Shown: positions 9,081 to 18,833, counted from the first letter of the stretch. The stretch: DNA of 64,000 nucleotides from Nitrospirota bacterium (GCA_049325335.1 JBMOMC010000044.1:96001-160000), one strand, 5' to 3'. Numbers and translations: made by a program. Notes: generated by a model not told the origin, from the letters alone.

Positions 9081-9866
9081 ATGGACCCGTGGCGACTGAT
9101 CGTGGACCCGCCCTCGCCCGCCGGATACAACATGGCGGTGGACGAGACGTTGGCCGACGCGTGCCGTCGAGGATTCATCGGCCCCACGTTGCGACTGTAT
9201 AGTTGGGACCGGCCGTCCATCTCGCTCGGGTACTTCCAGCGGCCCGAGGCGGTCGTGGATCTGGAGCGGTGCCGCGCCGCGGGCGTGCCCGTGGTCAAAC
9301 GCACCACCGGAGGCCGCGCCGTGTATCACTACCGCGAGGTGACGTATAGCCTGGTCGCGCCGACTCCCCACCCGTTGTTCGCGCCGACCATCCGCGGCGC
9401 GTACGAAGTCGTGGCGCGCGCCCTGGCCTCGGGATTGGCCGACCTCGACGTGCGCGTCGAACTTCATCCGCGCGACCCCGAACGTCCTCGCCGCACCGCG
9501 CGGACGCCCCTGTGTTTTGATTCGACGTCCCGCTTCGAGTTGACGGTGCACGGGAAGAAAGTCGTGGGCAGCGCGCAACGCCGCTGGCCCACCGCGTTCC
9601 TCCAGCACGGCTCGATCCTGCTGGCGTACGATGCGACCGAAGCCGAGTCATGGTTTCCCGGTCACGCAGCCGCCCCCGATTCCATCATCGGCCTCAACGC
9701 GTTTCGTCCCGAGATTTCGCCGGATGACATACGTCGCGCCGTGTGTTCGGGCGTGGAACGCGCGTTCGGGGTTCGGCTGGTCCTCGACACGCTCTCGGCC
9801 GAGGAAGCGGACGCCGTTGCACAATCGTCACAATCCCGTGACCTCACCGTGACCCAGGTCGTGTAA
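9081..9866 (+). CDS. Lipoate-protein ligase family (LipM-like octanoyltransferase)
   Basis: NMAVDE, PTLRLYSW, RTTGGRAVYH, GKKVVGSAQRR, QHGSI. Confidence 0.9.
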   Translation: MDPWRLIVDPPSPAGYNMAVDETLADACRRGFIGPTLRLYSWDRPSISLGYFQRPEAVVDLERCRAAGVPVVKRTTGGRAVYHYREVTYSLVAPTPHPLFAPTIRGAYEVVARALASGLADLDVRVELHPRDPERPRRTARTPLCFDSTSRFELTVHGKKVVGSAQRRWPTAFLQHGSILLAYDATEAESWFPGHAAAPDSIIGLNAFRPEISPDDIRRAVCSGVERAFGVRLVLDTLSAEEADAVAQSSQSRDLTVTQVV

Positions 9867-9876
9867 CATCACGGAC

Positions 9877-10584
9877 ATGAGTGCCGCCCCCCTCATTCTG
9901 GTGGTTGAAGACGATCCCAAAACATCGAACCTGCTCAAAGTCTATCTTGAACGCGAGGGGTACCACACGCGTTCCGCCACCGACGGGGCGCAGGCCGTGG
10001 AGATCGCGCAGCGCCACGCCCCGGCGCTGATCATTCTCGACCTCATGATCCCGAAGCTGGACGGGCTCGAAGTCTGTCGTCGCATCCGGCAAACCTCGGA
10101 CGTGCCGATTCTCATGCTCACCGCACGCGTGGAGGAGGTCGATAAGCTGGTCGGCCTTTCGATCGGGGCGGATGACTACGTGACCAAGCCGTTCTCGCCC
10201 CGCGAGGTGGTGGCGCGGGTGAAAGCGATCTTACGGCGCACCGCCCACAAACTCGCGAGCGCCGGCGCCAAGCCCTTGTCCTCCGGCGACCTCGTCCTTG
10301 ACGAAACCAAAGCCAAGGTCACGGTCAAAGGGAAACCCGTGTCCCTGACCGCGATCGAACTGCGCCTGCTGGCCAGACTTATGCGCGCGCCCGGCACCGT
10401 GTTTTCTCGCTCGCAGTTACTCGACGCGTTGTACACGCAGGATGGCGTGCACGTGCTCGACCGCACCGTGGATGTGCATATCGGCCGCCTACGCGACAAG
10501 ATCGAGCCCGTGCCGTCACAACCCGTGTACGTGTTGACGGTACGCGGGCTCGGGTACAAGTTCCGCGACGAGGACGCCGAATGA
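9877..10584 (+). CDS. OmpR-family response regulator
   Basis: Receiver domain (VVEDD, LDLMIP, GADDYVTKPF) plus winged helix (RTVDVHIGRLR, VRGLGY). Confidence 0.95.
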   Translation: MSAAPLILVVEDDPKTSNLLKVYLEREGYHTRSATDGAQAVEIAQRHAPALIILDLMIPKLDGLEVCRRIRQTSDVPILMLTARVEEVDKLVGLSIGADDYVTKPFSPREVVARVKAILRRTAHKLASAGAKPLSSGDLVLDETKAKVTVKGKPVSLTAIELRLLARLMRAPGTVFSRSQLLDALYTQDGVHVLDRTVDVHIGRLRDKIEPVPSQPVYVLTVRGLGYKFRDEDAE

Positions 10585-11684
10585 CGGTCCAACCCACGCC
10601 GCGTCCGCGGCGCGTGCCCTTGCTCTGGAAACTGATGGGCATCCACCTGTTCGTGCTCTCGGCCGTGATCGCCATCATCTGGATCGCCATCGAGCGGATC
10701 GCGGGCGATTACTTCATGCAGTTGATGAAGGACTACCACATCGACCCGGTCATGCCGCACCAGATGTTCCTGCACGCCACGACATCAACGCTTATTTGGA
10801 CCAGCGTCGGCGCATTCGCGCTCGCGCTGGTCGCAAGTCTGGTGCTGACCCGTCGCATCCTGCGTCCCATACAAGACATGGGCGCGATCGCGGGACGTAT
10901 TGCAGCCGGAGACTATTCCCAGCGCGTGGACGCGATGCCGGGCGACGAGGTCGGCGAGTTGGTGAACGCCTTCAACCAGATGGTGTGCAGCCTCCAGCGC
11001 GTCGAGAAACTCCGGAAGGACCTGGTTGCGGACGTGGCGCACGAACTGCGCACGCCGTTGACCAACATGCGGGGCTACCTCGAAGCCCTACGCGACGGCG
11101 TGTTGCCGCCCTCCCCGGAACAAATCGCGTCGCTGCACGAAGAAGTGTTGCGATTGGTCCGGCTCGTCGAAGGGCTGCACCAGTTGGCCATCGCGGACGC
11201 TGGCGTCCAACGATTGCGCCTCGACACCGTGGACATCGGGACGCTCACCGTGAACACGCTGGAACCGTTCAGAGCCCGGGCCGCCGCCAAGGGCATCAGG
11301 CTCGTCGCGCCGGCTGAAAACGGACATGACAGGGTCCACGTCGATCCCGACCAATTCATTGGTGTGCTGAACAATCTGTTCGAGAACGCGCTGCACTATA
11401 CGCCGCGCGACGGCGAGGTCTTCGTCCGGATCAACCGGGAAGGCCCCGCCGTCGTCCTAAGCGTGTCGAACACCGGGGACGGCATCGTTTCCCACGATCT
11501 CCCATTCGTGTTCGAACGGTTCTATCGCGGCGAGAAATCCCGCTCCCGCGAGCATGGCGGCGCAGGCATCGGCCTCTCGCTCGTCAAGCAAATCGTCGAC
11601 GCCCACGGCGGCGCGGTCTCGGTCCAGAGCGACCACGGCCTCACCACGTTCCGGGTTACGCTGCCGCGAACCGGCGCGAACTAG
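10581..11684 (+). CDS. HAMP sensor histidine kinase (BaeS-like)
   Basis: 2 TM, HAMP, VAHELRTPL, NLFENAL, FERFYRGEKSRSR, GAGIGL. Confidence 0.95.
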   Translation: MTVQPTPRPRRVPLLWKLMGIHLFVLSAVIAIIWIAIERIAGDYFMQLMKDYHIDPVMPHQMFLHATTSTLIWTSVGAFALALVASLVLTRRILRPIQDMGAIAGRIAAGDYSQRVDAMPGDEVGELVNAFNQMVCSLQRVEKLRKDLVADVAHELRTPLTNMRGYLEALRDGVLPPSPEQIASLHEEVLRLVRLVEGLHQLAIADAGVQRLRLDTVDIGTLTVNTLEPFRARAAAKGIRLVAPAENGHDRVHVDPDQFIGVLNNLFENALHYTPRDGEVFVRINREGPAVVLSVSNTGDGIVSHDLPFVFERFYRGEKSRSREHGGAGIGLSLVKQIVDAHGGAVSVQSDHGLTTFRVTLPRTGAN

Positions 11685-12343
11685 TCAACGGCGGGGCGAC
11701 TCGATCGCTTCGTCGGCTTGGCCTCCTCGTCCTGTTCCCGCCGCCGCTGGTAAAACGCGGCCACCTTCATGCGATTGCCACACCACTGCATACTGCACCA
11801 GCGCCGGCTGTGGTTCTTGGTCTGGTCGTAGAAAAACAGGATGCAGCGATGGTTCTCGCACCGCCGGATCAACGAAAAATCCGCATCACAAAGGAGATCG
11901 CTTGCCGCCTCCGCGACCGGGACGAGGAGATCCTCCGGCGCCGCAAACTCGGCGTGCACCCGCTTCGTGAATCCCCCCCGGATCTTTGCCACCTCGACAT
12001 ACCCCGTTCGGGCTCGGAGTCGCTGATTGATCACCCCGACCACCGCACGCGGAACCGATTTTCCGTGAGCGATCCGTTCGACCGTCTCGCGTAACGCGCC
12101 GCGAAAGTCCCGGACCTCGGCCAGCGCCCGTTCGGCCGCCGGCTCGCCCGCCCAACGATTGGCGAGCGTTCGCGCCGTCTTGGCGTCGATGACCTGGGCC
12201 TGCGCCAGCCACGCCAGCCACGACTCGAAAACCGTCAACAGATCGCGGCGCTGCCCCTTTACGTTGATCTCCGTATTCACAAAATCGAGACACCGGTGGT
12301 TGCCGATGAACGGAAACCATGGAACGGATCGAGTCTTCACCAT
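11681..12343 (-). CDS. ABATE / CGNR zinc-finger regulator
   Basis: CLDFVNT N-terminus; C..C..FFYDQTKNHSRRWCSMQWCGNRMK. Confidence 0.92.
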   Translation of the reverse strand: MVKTRSVPWFPFIGNHRCLDFVNTEINVKGQRRDLLTVFESWLAWLAQAQVIDAKTARTLANRWAGEPAAERALAEVRDFRGALRETVERIAHGKSVPRAVVGVINQRLRARTGYVEVAKIRGGFTKRVHAEFAAPEDLLVPVAEAASDLLCDADFSLIRRCENHRCILFFYDQTKNHSRRWCSMQWCGNRMKVAAFYQRRREQDEEAKPTKRSSRPAVD

Positions 12344-12400
12344 TGCCCCTCGGGAACTCCCCTGTGGTCGCGAGATCCGGTCGCCATCTGAATATTCAAC

Positions 12401-12526
12401 TAACGTTCATATAGGAATATACCAGGTTACGCACCGCCCAGCATTCCCCGCCGCTTGTCGGGATAGCCACCCCTTGACGAGGAATACAGTCCGTGTTTAA
12501 CTGTCTATTAGTTAATTTACAGGTTA
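12401..12526. promoter_or_regulatory. Two TAAC-N21-GTTA sites in the CGNR/glyoxalase divergent region, one overlapping a promoter
   Basis: Sites at 12401-12429 and 12498-12526; TTGACG(12474)-N17-TTAACT(12497). Confidence 0.6.
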
Positions 12527-12578
12527 TAAATATTTCGACCCCATTTCGGGGTTGATCTCACCAGAAAGGGGATGGGCC

Positions 12579-13025
12579 ATGAGTATTCAGACCGCAGGCA
12601 TGCACCACCTGGGATTGACCGTGACGAACCTCGATCGATCAAAACAGTTCTACCAAGACCTGTTTGGCTGGAAGGAGCTAGGCGCTGACCTGAAGATGGG
12701 CTACGCTTTCCTGACCGACGGCAAAACCATGATCACGCTCTGGCAACAGAGCCAAGGCGCCTACGACAAGGCGCACGCCGGGTTGCACCACTTCGCTCTT
12801 GCCGTGGGCAGTTCCGACGACCTCGTCCGCGCGGAGCAGGTCTTGCGAAAGAAGGGCGTCCGCATCCACTACGACCGCATCGTACCCGCGATGGAAGGGG
12901 CCAAGGAGGCGGAACTGTACTTCTATGATCCCGATGGCATCAGGGTCGAATTGTTCAGCGCGCAAGGAGGGGAAGGGAAGGAAGCGCCGGTGCGTCACGG
13001 GCCGTCGTGTTTCTTGCCGGATTGA
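12579..13025 (+). CDS. VOC / glyoxalase family protein
   Basis: HHLGLTV, FYQDLFG, GLHHFAL, LYFYDPDGIRVE. Confidence 0.9.
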   Translation: MSIQTAGMHHLGLTVTNLDRSKQFYQDLFGWKELGADLKMGYAFLTDGKTMITLWQQSQGAYDKAHAGLHHFALAVGSSDDLVRAEQVLRKKGVRIHYDRIVPAMEGAKEAELYFYDPDGIRVELFSAQGGEGKEAPVRHGPSCFLPD

Positions 13026-13037
13026 GCGGAGAACAAC

Positions 13038-13607
13038 ATGAGAGGGGCGATGAGGAGAGGAGCGGAGCGAATCATGTCGCAAGCAAAGAGTAGACGACAT
13101 AACGAGGTGCACCCCGGCGAGTTTGAGATGCACACCCGGGTCGGCAGCCGGCTGATCGGCCAGCGGATCATCGAGCACATCCGTGATGTCCTGGGCGTGG
13201 GGTTTAAGGAGTTCATCGAGGCTCAGTGCATGTTCTTCCTGTCGACCGCGGACGACGAGGGCCGCCTCGACTGCAACTATCGAGGCGGCCCTCCCGGGTT
13301 CGTTCGGGTGGTCGACGACCGCACGCTCCTGTTTCCGGACTACAACGGAAACGGCTCGTTCATGAGCCTGGGCAACCTCGTGGTGAACCCGAATGTCGGG
13401 ATGCTATTCATCGATTTCGAACGGCAACGGAGAATCCGCGTGAACGGTCGCGCCGAGATCCTCGACGACCCGGAACTGGTCTCGCAATTTCCCGGAGCGG
13501 AACGCATCGTCAGAGTCACGGTGGAGCAGGCGTTCCCCAACTGCTCGCGCTACATCCCTCGGATGGTCCGCGTCGACCCGCCACCCGAGGACTGGCCTAC
13601 GCCATGA
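13038..13607 (+). CDS. Pyridoxamine 5'-phosphate oxidase family protein (start uncertain)
   Basis: FFLSTAD, RGGPPGFVRV, PDYNGNG, SLGNL, NCSRYIP. Confidence 0.88.
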   Translation: MRGAMRRGAERIMSQAKSRRHNEVHPGEFEMHTRVGSRLIGQRIIEHIRDVLGVGFKEFIEAQCMFFLSTADDEGRLDCNYRGGPPGFVRVVDDRTLLFPDYNGNGSFMSLGNLVVNPNVGMLFIDFERQRRIRVNGRAEILDDPELVSQFPGAERIVRVTVEQAFPNCSRYIPRMVRVDPPPEDWPTP

Positions 13608-14426
13608 AGTACGCCAACCTCGGATGCACTGGCTTGAAGGTGAGCCGTCTGGCGCTCGGGACTATGAACTTCGGCCCAAAGACGAGCGAGGACGAAAGCC
13701 ACGCGATCCTCGATCGCGCTATCGAGATGGGGATCAACCTGGTCGATACCGCCGACATCTACGGATACCGCAGGGCCCGGGGCACGGGCGCACGATGGAC
13801 CGAGGAAATTATCGGCCGCTGGCTCGCGCACGAGAGCGGGCAGCGTGAGCGGATCGTGTTGGTGACCGAGGTGTTTAGCCGGATCGGTGACGGCGAGAAC
13901 GATCACGGGCTTTCGGCCTCCCACATCCGACGCGCATGCGAGGACAGCCACCGGCCAACAGGTTGCCTCCCAGCGACACCTCCTGGGACTGGCCGGCGAG
14001 CAGAGCGTGTACAACCTCGGCAACCGAGCCATCGAGTCGGAAGTCATCCCAGTCTGTCGTCATTACGGTCTGGGATTGCTGGCATGGAGCCCATTGGCGG
14101 CCGGGCTCTTGGCGGGAGCGGCGAACCCGGCGGAACAGGGACGACGAGCCGCTGCACATGTCCGCGAGCAGGTGGATCGTCGAAGGGATCAAGTCATACG
14201 CTACGAGGCCCTGTGCGCCGAGATGGGCGAGACCGCCGCGACGGTGGCGCTCGCGTGGGTGCTCGCCAATCCCACGGTCACGGCCGCGATCATCGGCCCC
14301 CGCACCCCCCAACAGCTCGACGCGAGCCGTCGGGCGCTCGATCTTCCATTGAGCGATGACGTGCGTCGCCGGCTCGACGCGATCTGGCCCGGTCCCGGGG
14401 AAGCGCCGGAAGGGTACGCGTGGTGA
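13604..14426 (+). pseudogene. Aldo/keto reductase pseudogene (internal deletion plus frameshift near 13955)
   Basis: GLKVSRLALGTMNFG..DTADIYG in one frame; EQSVYNL..WSPLAAGLL..IIGPRT in another; central IDLY..H/G-SN segment absent. Confidence 0.85.
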
Positions 14427-14443
14427 GTCGGATCTCATGCCGC

Positions 14444-14472
14444 TTGACATTCTACCTATTGATAGATAAGAT
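14444..14472 (+). promoter_or_regulatory. TetR gene promoter with operator in the spacer
   Basis: TTGACA-N17-TAAGAT; TCTACCTATTGATAGA at 14451-14466. Confidence 0.7.
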
Positions 14473-14483
14473 CGCACACCATC

Positions 14484-15059
14484 ATGAAGAGCGTTCCGGT
14501 CATCGACCAAATCCTCGACCTCGCCCAACGCCTGGTTCAAACCCGGGGCTACAACGCGATGAGCTACCGTGATTTGGCGGATCAGATCGGCATCAAGACC
14601 TCCAGCATCCACTACTACTTTCCGGCCAAAGAAGACTTGGGACGGGCGTTGATGACCCGCTATCGGCAGGGCATACAGTCGGCATTGGCCGGCATTGACG
14701 CGAAGACCACTGATCCCCGCGTGAAGATCGAGCGCTATGTCGAATTGTTTCGTGAGGCGGTTCGGTCAGGTCGCATCTGCCTGGGCGGCATGCTGGCGAC
14801 CGACCTCACCACCCTGCCGCGGGGCGTCCAGGCGGAGGTGAAGACCTTTTTTACCGAGAACGAGGCGTGGGTAGCCAACGTGCTTGAAGCGGGCCGGGAA
14901 TCAGGGGCGTTTACATTTGAGGGACCATCAAAGGGCAAGGCGGCCACCGTGTTCGCGGCCTTGGAGGGGGCCATGATCGCCGCACGACTGTTTAACGACG
15001 ACAAACGCTTGGTGAGCGCAGCGGACTGGCTGCTCGATACACTCGCCACGCCGCGCTAA
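14484..15059 (+). CDS. TetR/AcrR family regulator (NemR-like)
   Basis: GYNAMSYRDLA..GIKTSSIHYYFPAKEDL HTH; CLGGML. Confidence 0.93.
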   Translation: MKSVPVIDQILDLAQRLVQTRGYNAMSYRDLADQIGIKTSSIHYYFPAKEDLGRALMTRYRQGIQSALAGIDAKTTDPRVKIERYVELFREAVRSGRICLGGMLATDLTTLPRGVQAEVKTFFTENEAWVANVLEAGRESGAFTFEGPSKGKAATVFAALEGAMIAARLFNDDKRLVSAADWLLDTLATPR

Positions 15060-15076
15060 TTTTTTTGGCGCGACTG

Positions 15077-15092
15077 TCTACCTATTAGTAGA
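15077..15092. promoter_or_regulatory. Second copy of the TetR operator, upstream of the SDR operon
   Basis: TCTACCTATTAGTAGA, 14/16 identical to 14451-14466. Confidence 0.7.
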
Positions 15093-15176
15093 TCACTTTA
15101 TGTCGATGGCCCGGTTCCCATCGGGCACAGAGTAACCACCGGCCGTATTGGCTGACAACACGAGGAGGATCCACTC

Positions 15177-15926
15177 ATGAAACGATTCGAAGGAAAGGTC
15201 GCCGTGATCACCGGCGGAAACAGCGGCATCGGCCTGGCCACCGCCAAGCTATTCCGGGAACAGGGCGCCAAGGTCGCCATCACCGGCCGTGACAAAAAGA
15301 CGCTGGACGACGCGGTCACAGCGCTGGGCTCCGGCACGATCGGCATGCAGGCCGACGTGCGTGAAGCGGGCGCACTTGATCGCCTATTCAAGACCGTCTC
15401 CAGCCAGCTTGGCAAGATCGACGTGCTCTTTGCCAACGCCGGGGTCGCCAAGTTCGCCCCGATCGCGGACACACCGGAATCGCTCTATGACGAAGTGTTC
15501 GACATCAACGTAAAGGGGGTGTTTCTCACGATCCAAAAGTCCCTGCCGCATCTGAATGACGGCGCCGCCATCGTGTTGAACACCACGTTCTTTACCCAGG
15601 CCGGCATGCCGGGAACCAGCGTGTACTCCGCGAGCAAGGCCGCGGTCCGTTCGTTCGTCCGCGTCGCGGCCGCAGAACTTGTGGGCCGTGGGATTCGTGT
15701 CAACACCGTCAGCCCGGGCCCGATCGCCACGCCGATCTATGGACGACTGGGATTGCCGAAGGAGGCCGTAGACGAAATGGCCAAAGGCATCCTCGCGCAG
15801 GTCCCAATGAAACGCTTCGGCCAGCCCGAAGAGGTCGCGCAAACCGTGCTGTTTCTCGCCGGCTCCGACGCATCGTACATCACCGGCGTGGAAATCGAAG
15901 TGGGCGGGGGGATCGGACAGGTCTAA
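15177..15926 (+). CDS. SDR family oxidoreductase
   Basis: TGGNSGIG, NAG, YSASK, RVNTVSPGP. Confidence 0.95.
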   Translation: MKRFEGKVAVITGGNSGIGLATAKLFREQGAKVAITGRDKKTLDDAVTALGSGTIGMQADVREAGALDRLFKTVSSQLGKIDVLFANAGVAKFAPIADTPESLYDEVFDINVKGVFLTIQKSLPHLNDGAAIVLNTTFFTQAGMPGTSVYSASKAAVRSFVRVAAAELVGRGIRVNTVSPGPIATPIYGRLGLPKEAVDEMAKGILAQVPMKRFGQPEEVAQTVLFLAGSDASYITGVEIEVGGGIGQV

Positions 15927-15949
15927 CCAAGTCTAACGAGGAGAACGCC

Positions 15950-16366
15950 ATGCCACTGACTCTCACACTTTCGGAAGGCGTGTTGCCACCGGGAACCGAA
16001 CAACAAGCGTTCGCGCGCCTATGCGACGCCATGCTGAAATGGCACGATCTTGCGGGCAATGCGGTCATGACGCCCAACGTCACGGGCTCGATCCACGTCA
16101 TCCCGAAGGGACTCACGTTCTCTGGGTCGAAAGAAACGCCCGGCGCCTGGATCGAATGGAAAGTGCCGTCGTTTGCGTTCAACACCAGGGAAGTTCAGCA
16201 AGGGTATTTCTCGGAAGCCACCGACATCATTCACAAGCTGTCGGGCAAGAAGCTGCCTAAAGAGCGTATCTGGATCAACGTTGTCCACGCGGTCGATGGC
16301 GCGTGGGGTATCAACGGCCAGGCACTGACCAACGCCCAGTTGGGCGAAGCGATTTCCAAGGGTTGA
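15950..16366 (+). CDS. Tautomerase-superfamily protein
   Basis: Met-Pro N-terminus, ERIWINV..WGING. Confidence 0.7.
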   Translation: MPLTLTLSEGVLPPGTEQQAFARLCDAMLKWHDLAGNAVMTPNVTGSIHVIPKGLTFSGSKETPGAWIEWKVPSFAFNTREVQQGYFSEATDIIHKLSGKKLPKERIWINVVHAVDGAWGINGQALTNAQLGEAISKG

Positions 16367-16375
16367 GAGGAGACC

Positions 16376-16768
16376 ATGAGCACGAACGATCTACACCAGG
16401 TGACCGCGCGGTACTACCAGTTGATTCGGATGGCCGATGTGGAAGGATTCGTCGGTCTCTTCGCGGGCGACGGCGTCAGCCACGATCCCGTCGGCGCGCC
16501 TCCCCACGTTGGGCATGACGGGGTCCGTGCGTTTTTGACTGGCGTCCTCGGTCTGTGCGAAAAGTTAGACATTGTACCGGTGGATATCGTGTTCGATCAG
16601 AATCGCGCCGCGGTGACGTGGAACGCAACGGCGCGCGGCAAGAACGGCACTAAGACGAAATTTAGCGGGATCGACGTGTTCACCTTCGATCAGGACCTTC
16701 GGATCGCGTCGCTCTATGCGTTTTGGGACGCGGGGCCGGTGATGGAGGTATTGACCGCGCGCGGCTGA
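16376..16768 (+). CDS. SnoaL/NTF2-like (ketosteroid isomerase-like) protein
   Basis: LFAGDG..DPVG..GHDGVRAF, GIDVFTFD, AFWD. Confidence 0.85.
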   Translation: MSTNDLHQVTARYYQLIRMADVEGFVGLFAGDGVSHDPVGAPPHVGHDGVRAFLTGVLGLCEKLDIVPVDIVFDQNRAAVTWNATARGKNGTKTKFSGIDVFTFDQDLRIASLYAFWDAGPVMEVLTARG

Positions 16769-16867
16769 GTGTTTGATGGGTGGCTCATCTTCGCTGGACC
16801 AGTTGGGAACAGGAGTGCCCTTCATGAAGTAAAGAAGCACCATTCCCATATTGCTCGCACTGAACGC

Positions 16868-17320
16868 TTACGGTTCCACCGTGTCCGGCAGAATCTTGTC
16901 CAGCAAGGCGGTGAGTTGCCGAATCTCATTGCTCGTCAAACGGCTCGCAAAGTGCCGTGTGATCGCCGCCGCGTACACTGGCCACATCCTGCGCACGAGG
17001 CGCCGGCCCGCGTCCGTGAGGACGACGAGGCTGCCGCGGCCATCCTCCGGACAGGCCACTCGCCTCACGTGCCCCTCCGTCTCAAGGCGGTCCATCAGGC
17101 GCGAGACATTGTACTTACTGAGGAGCACCTTCGCCCCGATCTCGTACTGCCGAATTTCATGGCGCGGCATCCGATGCACTTCGATCAGGACGTCGTACCA
17201 CGTCAGCGGGGGAAGACCGGCGTCCTTCAGTTCCGCCTCGACCCGCTCTAAGAGGACACTCTGCGCACGCAGGAGACGAGCCCAAGCAAGGACCGTTGAT
17301 TCTGGTATGCGTTCGGCCAC
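16868..17320 (-). CDS. MarR family regulator (probable GTG start)
   Basis: WYDVL, LSKYNVSRLMDRLE..G.V.R..CPEDGRG..LTDAG. Confidence 0.9.
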   Translation of the reverse strand: MAERIPESTVLAWARLLRAQSVLLERVEAELKDAGLPPLTWYDVLIEVHRMPRHEIRQYEIGAKVLLSKYNVSRLMDRLETEGHVRRVACPEDGRGSLVVLTDAGRRLVRRMWPVYAAAITRHFASRLTSNEIRQLTALLDKILPDTVEP

Positions 17321-17340
17321 GACCCCAGCGTAGCAAATTA

Positions 17341-17400
17341 TAGTTGCATATACAACCAGAATGTGGTTTACTTGCAAATGTAGTTGCATATGCAACTACA
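17341..17400. promoter_or_regulatory. Paired MarR-type operators
   Basis: Perfect 22-bp palindrome TGTAGTTGCATATGCAACTACA at 17379-17400; degenerate copy TAGTTGCATATACAAC at 17341-17356. Confidence 0.75.
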
Positions 17401-17423
17401 AACATTTCGCCTAGGAGGAAGAT

Positions 17424-17774
17424 ATGGCACAGGTCATCACCCGCAGCGAGATTCAGCAACACCTTGACTCGACCCGCCCCATCACGCTGGTCGAGGCCCT
17501 ACCCGAGCGCTTCTACGCGGACGGCCATCTGCCGGGAGCGCTCAACATCAACCACGATGAAGTGGAGGCGAAAGCCCCCGACCTTCTGCCGAACAAGGAC
17601 GCGTTCATCGTGGTGTACTGCGCCAATTCTGCGTGCGACAACTCCTCGATCGCCGCCAACAAGCTGACTCAGCTCGGGTATCGCAACGTCCGCACATACG
17701 CCGAGGGCAAGCAGGACTGGGTTGGTGCTGGTTTACAACTGGAAAAGAGCGCCGGCACTCACGCGACCTGTTAA
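17424..17774 (+). CDS. Rhodanese-like domain protein
   Basis: GHLPGALNI, VVYCANSAC, LGYRNV, GKQDW; AGGAGG RBS. Confidence 0.9.
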   Translation: MAQVITRSEIQQHLDSTRPITLVEALPERFYADGHLPGALNINHDEVEAKAPDLLPNKDAFIVVYCANSACDNSSIAANKLTQLGYRNVRTYAEGKQDWVGAGLQLEKSAGTHATC

Positions 17775-17812
17775 CACGGACCGGTGGGCCGGGCGAACCC
17801 CGACCCACCGGT

Positions 17813-18306
17813 AAGGACGCCGAAATCATTGGCTACGCCGCACCGTACGGGGTGTTCTCCGCGGCAAGACGATTCGATCCAGAACTCGATGTGTTTCTGA
17901 TCGCCGACGCCATGCGGGCGGTGCAGACGCAGGCGGGATTCACGGTGCTGCTGAATACGCGTTCGCCGACCGCCCTCACATGGACGCTTTTCTCATCCCC
18001 AGTGGGTTCGGTACTCGGCAAGAGATGTATAACCAGTATCTGCACGACGTTATCTGTGCGCTGCCCGCGTCGTGCCTGTTAACCAGCGTCTGCACCGGAT
18101 CGTGGGGCTACGGGAAGATGGGCCTGCTCAACGGCTTGCCTGCGACCAACCGCAAAGAACCTGATCGCCTGGAGGCCTCGGCGCTGGGCAAGGTGCCCAT
18201 CGATCGCTTGGCCGAGATTGCCCCGGCGTGCCGAATCAGCCGCGCGCGGGTTGTCGACGCCGGGCGGATCACTACCGCGGGCGGGATCGCGTCGGGCATG
18301 GAGATC
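17813..18306 (+). pseudogene. DJ-1/PfpI family pseudogene
   Basis: KDAEII.YAAPYGVFS..TQAGFTVL shifts frame to DAFLIP.GFGTR..SVCTGS..VVDAGRITTAGGIASG; both ends missing. Confidence 0.75.
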
Positions 18307-18329
18307 CGAGCGGCCGCGTTCCAGTCGGT

Positions 18330-18761
18330 TCATGCGTGGGGCGCAATCACCTTCCGGAAGTGCACGCTGGCCCGTTCCATACCTCGCAGGTCGTAGAAAC
18401 GGTGGGCATCCGTTCTGTGAATTCCCGAGTCGAGGTGCACCTGCTCGCAGCCCGCCTCAGCCGCCTGAGTCATCAACCACGACAACAGCGCGGCGCCGTA
18501 GCCGCGTGAGCGATGGCTTGAGCGCGTCACCAGATCATCGACGTAGAGGAACCGCCCCCAGGCCAGGTTCTCCCCGATTCTATAGCCGGCGACGGCCACA
18601 GGCTCGATGCCTTCGAGGATGTAGGCGAGGCTGTAACCTGATGGCGCTTGGCGTCGCACTCGGGACACGAAATCGCGTTCGGTCACATGCGGGCGCAGCT
18701 CGCGCATCACGGGGAGACATGCCGCAATTTCTTCGTCTGATTTCGCCAGTCTGATTTCCAT
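18330..18761 (-). CDS. GNAT family N-acetyltransferase
   Basis: LYVDDLVT..RSRGYG..HLDSG..AHRFY. Confidence 0.92.
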   Translation of the reverse strand: MEIRLAKSDEEIAACLPVMRELRPHVTERDFVSRVRRQAPSGYSLAYILEGIEPVAVAGYRIGENLAWGRFLYVDDLVTRSSHRSRGYGAALLSWLMTQAAEAGCEQVHLDSGIHRTDAHRFYDLRGMERASVHFRKVIAPHA

Positions 18762-18833
18762 AGCCTCCAGAAGGCTCTTTCGGTGGTGATCGAATGATGC
18801 GCCACCTACGCGCCCACTCGGGATGAACGCTGG

